DNA from: Nitrososphaeria archaeon
GTDB taxonomy: Archaea > Thermoproteota > Nitrososphaeria > Nitrososphaerales > JAAOZN01
Assembly: GCA_029775855.1 (NCBI GenBank)
Contig: JARVJZ010000006.1
Span: forward strand, 116,570 to 180,569
Direction of reading: 5' to 3'
DNA length: 64,000 nt
In this document: piece by piece, positions 62,364 to 64,000 of the stretch
Position numbering within the stretch: position 1 is the first letter of the stretch
How the letters are laid out: each line of letters begins with the position of its first letter
Made by a program: the position numbers and the translations under genes
Notes under the pieces: generated by a model
Seen by the model: the letters and a program-made list of their open reading frames with translations, nothing else
Told to the model about the DNA's origin: nothing
Databases searched by the model: none

Positions 62364-62530
62364 GGCGAAGGCCTCTGCCAAACAGCGTGGCGACGGCGGG
62401 TGTTTGAGCAAAGATGAAAACCCCGTTTACCCAAACACGCAACAAGCAGAGGCCGCCCCGGGGTAAGAGGCTTAGTGAGAGGAGGCAAAGCCTCTCTATG
62501 ATCCGAGCTGTTCAGAGCCGGGGTACAGCC
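62364..62530 (+). ncRNA. candidate two-hairpin box H/ACA guide sRNA
   Basis: GC-rich intergenic RNA. Hairpin 1: GCGTG/CACGC stem, pocket, GGCGGG/CCCGTT, GTTT-GA...GA-AAAC K-loop, ACA at 62442-44 (14 nt from pocket top). Hairpin 2: GCCCCGG/CCGGGGT, pocket, GGCTT/GAGCT, TGA..TGA K-turn-like motif, ACA at 62525-27 (15 nt). Confidence 0.72.
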
Positions 62531-62565
62531 AAATTTCAGCAACACTTAATTACATATGAGCATAG

Positions 62566-63483
62566 TTGAGAATTATGGTTCTACGCTTCATCGTAGACAA
62601 TGTGTTAAGAAACTCGACAGTCATACTTTTGTTGGCGATCTTTATCGGGTTGACCTTCCCACAAGCAGCCCACTTCTTCAAGGGCTATGTGAACTACTCT
62701 TTGATCATTATGCTTACAGTTTCAACTATGGGTATGCGCATCAGAGCAATCTTTTCGGCAAAAAGGGGAGTGAAGACGATTTTAATTGGGTTAACCTTAA
62801 ATTATGTTGTGCTATCAGCGCTCTGCATACTTCTCGGCTACATCTTTTTCCCGATGGATGTTGAGCTAAGAAACGGATTTGTAGTTATGGCTGCTGTGCC
62901 TGTTGCTGTAGCTGTTGTTCCATTCACCTATCTTCTAAATGGTGATGCAGAGTATTCGATGAGTATAACTGCGCTTCTCTATCTTTTGGCGCTGATTTTA
63001 ACGCCGCTTCTGATCTACATACTCTTCGGCTCAGCCATAAACCTCTTAGACCTAATCATACTTGATCTCCAGCTCATCCTACTACCACTAATCCTTTCGA
63101 GGGTTCTACTGCTGCTTAAAGCAAATAGGCTCTCTAGAGGAGTCTACGACATTATAATTAACCTCTCACTTGTAGTCATAGTATACGCAATAATAGGTGT
63201 GAACCAACCCACCTTCTTATCTGGAGAAGGGTTCCTCTACCCCATCTTAGCAGCCTCACTCATACGCACATTCGGCATAGGCATCCTAACAGAAAAAATA
63301 TCGGCAAAGATAGGTGTAGAAAAGCAGCTCATCCCACCCTTCGCCATGCTAGCATCCATCAAAAACATGGCGCTCACAAGCACCCTAGCTCTAAGCCTAT
63401 TCGCACCCAAAAGCAGCATACCAGCAGCAATATGCATGCCCCTAGAGATATTCTTCTTCATCTACCTTAAAGCAAAAGCTTAG
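62566..63483 (+). CDS. bile acid:sodium symporter (BASS/Acr3-like) family transporter
   Basis: Multi-TM protein with AVP.AVAVVPFT.LLNGD and KN.AL motifs. Confidence 0.75.
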   Translation: MRIMVLRFIVDNVLRNSTVILLLAIFIGLTFPQAAHFFKGYVNYSLIIMLTVSTMGMRIRAIFSAKRGVKTILIGLTLNYVVLSALCILLGYIFFPMDVELRNGFVVMAAVPVAVAVVPFTYLLNGDAEYSMSITALLYLLALILTPLLIYILFGSAINLLDLIILDLQLILLPLILSRVLLLLKANRLSRGVYDIIINLSLVVIVYAIIGVNQPTFLSGEGFLYPILAASLIRTFGIGILTEKISAKIGVEKQLIPPFAMLASIKNMALTSTLALSLFAPKSSIPAAICMPLEIFFFIYLKAKA

Positions 63484-63518
63484 GCTTATATGCCCCTTCT
63501 AACTCAGCCAATAAGGTT

Positions 63519-63596
63519 GGGCCAGTCGTCTAGCTCGGTTAGGATATCGCCCTTACACGGCGAGGGTCGCAGGTTCAAATCCTGCCTGGCCCACCA
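63519..63596 (+). tRNA. tRNA-Val(TAC), intronless, CCA encoded
   Basis: Acceptor GGGCCAG/CTGGCCC followed by ACCA; anticodon arm TCGCC-CTTACAC-GGCGA; T arm GCAGG-TTCAAAT-CCTGC. Confidence 0.97.
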
Positions 63597-64000
63597 AATT
63601 TCAGTCTAAATACAAAGCACTTTTCCTCCTTGACAGAAGTTGAGGACCAAGTACACATACTTAGCTGAGGACTTAGGCGTTGATTCAGTAACTTACAGCC
63701 GAATTGATAGTTACTGCTATGTTTACCTCAGAATTCCAGCTTTGTGCTGAATGTAACGAATACGAAGGCTATGCTTGGAGTTGATGGGGTTAAAGCGTCT
63801 GAGGATGGTTTTGCAGATTTATTCGGTATTCCATCTTCTGGATAGATTTGTTATCGCATCTAACCCATAAATCAACAAGGGAACCAATGACCTTATCTTC
63901 AAAGACACACAGATAGGTTATCCAAATTTAGATGCAGAGCTGCGAAGGCTAACGTCACTACCGGATTACCGCCGAAAAAATTTTTTCTCCAAAAAATGTG

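Noticed and set aside
62364-62530. SRP RNA or RNase P RNA
   Set aside because: At ~170 nt it is too short and lacks recognisable SRP helix 8 or RNase P consensus; H/ACA geometry fits better.

Overview
Archaeal chromosomal window. Housekeeping genes (gatDE, CDC48, ABCE1, archaeal pheST, asnS, ATP-dependent DNA ligase, TrmB, ThiR) suggest a TACK/Nitrososphaeria-like lineage; that placement is inference. The left end (1-8.3 kb) holds housekeeping genes and a ThiR-cytX-thiDN thiamine salvage unit. The middle (8.3-42.3 kb) is a ~34 kb catabolic cluster. It encodes recognisable homologues of bacterial vitamin B6 degradation enzymes (pyridoxamine-pyruvate aminotransferase, 4-pyridoxolactonase, an FHMPC-dehydrogenase-like protein) but no recognisable flavin oxidase or oxygenase. 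Instead it carries a pyrogallol-transhydroxylase-type Mo enzyme, two xanthine-oxidase-family large subunits, a W-AOR with MoaD, two probable F420-dependent LLM enzymes, a BMP ABC importer, a Zn-ADH, an SdhA with an SdhB-QmoC-like fusion, and a class I fumarase. I read this as a candidate O2-independent archaeal B6/hydroxypyridine catabolic system. The right end (42.3-64 kb) holds housekeeping genes, orphan napGH-like genes, a heat-shock regulator/hsp20/cdc48 unit with tandem operators, a two-hairpin H/ACA-like sRNA and tRNA-Val(TAC). All homology calls come from motif recognition and recalled reference sequences; no searches were run.
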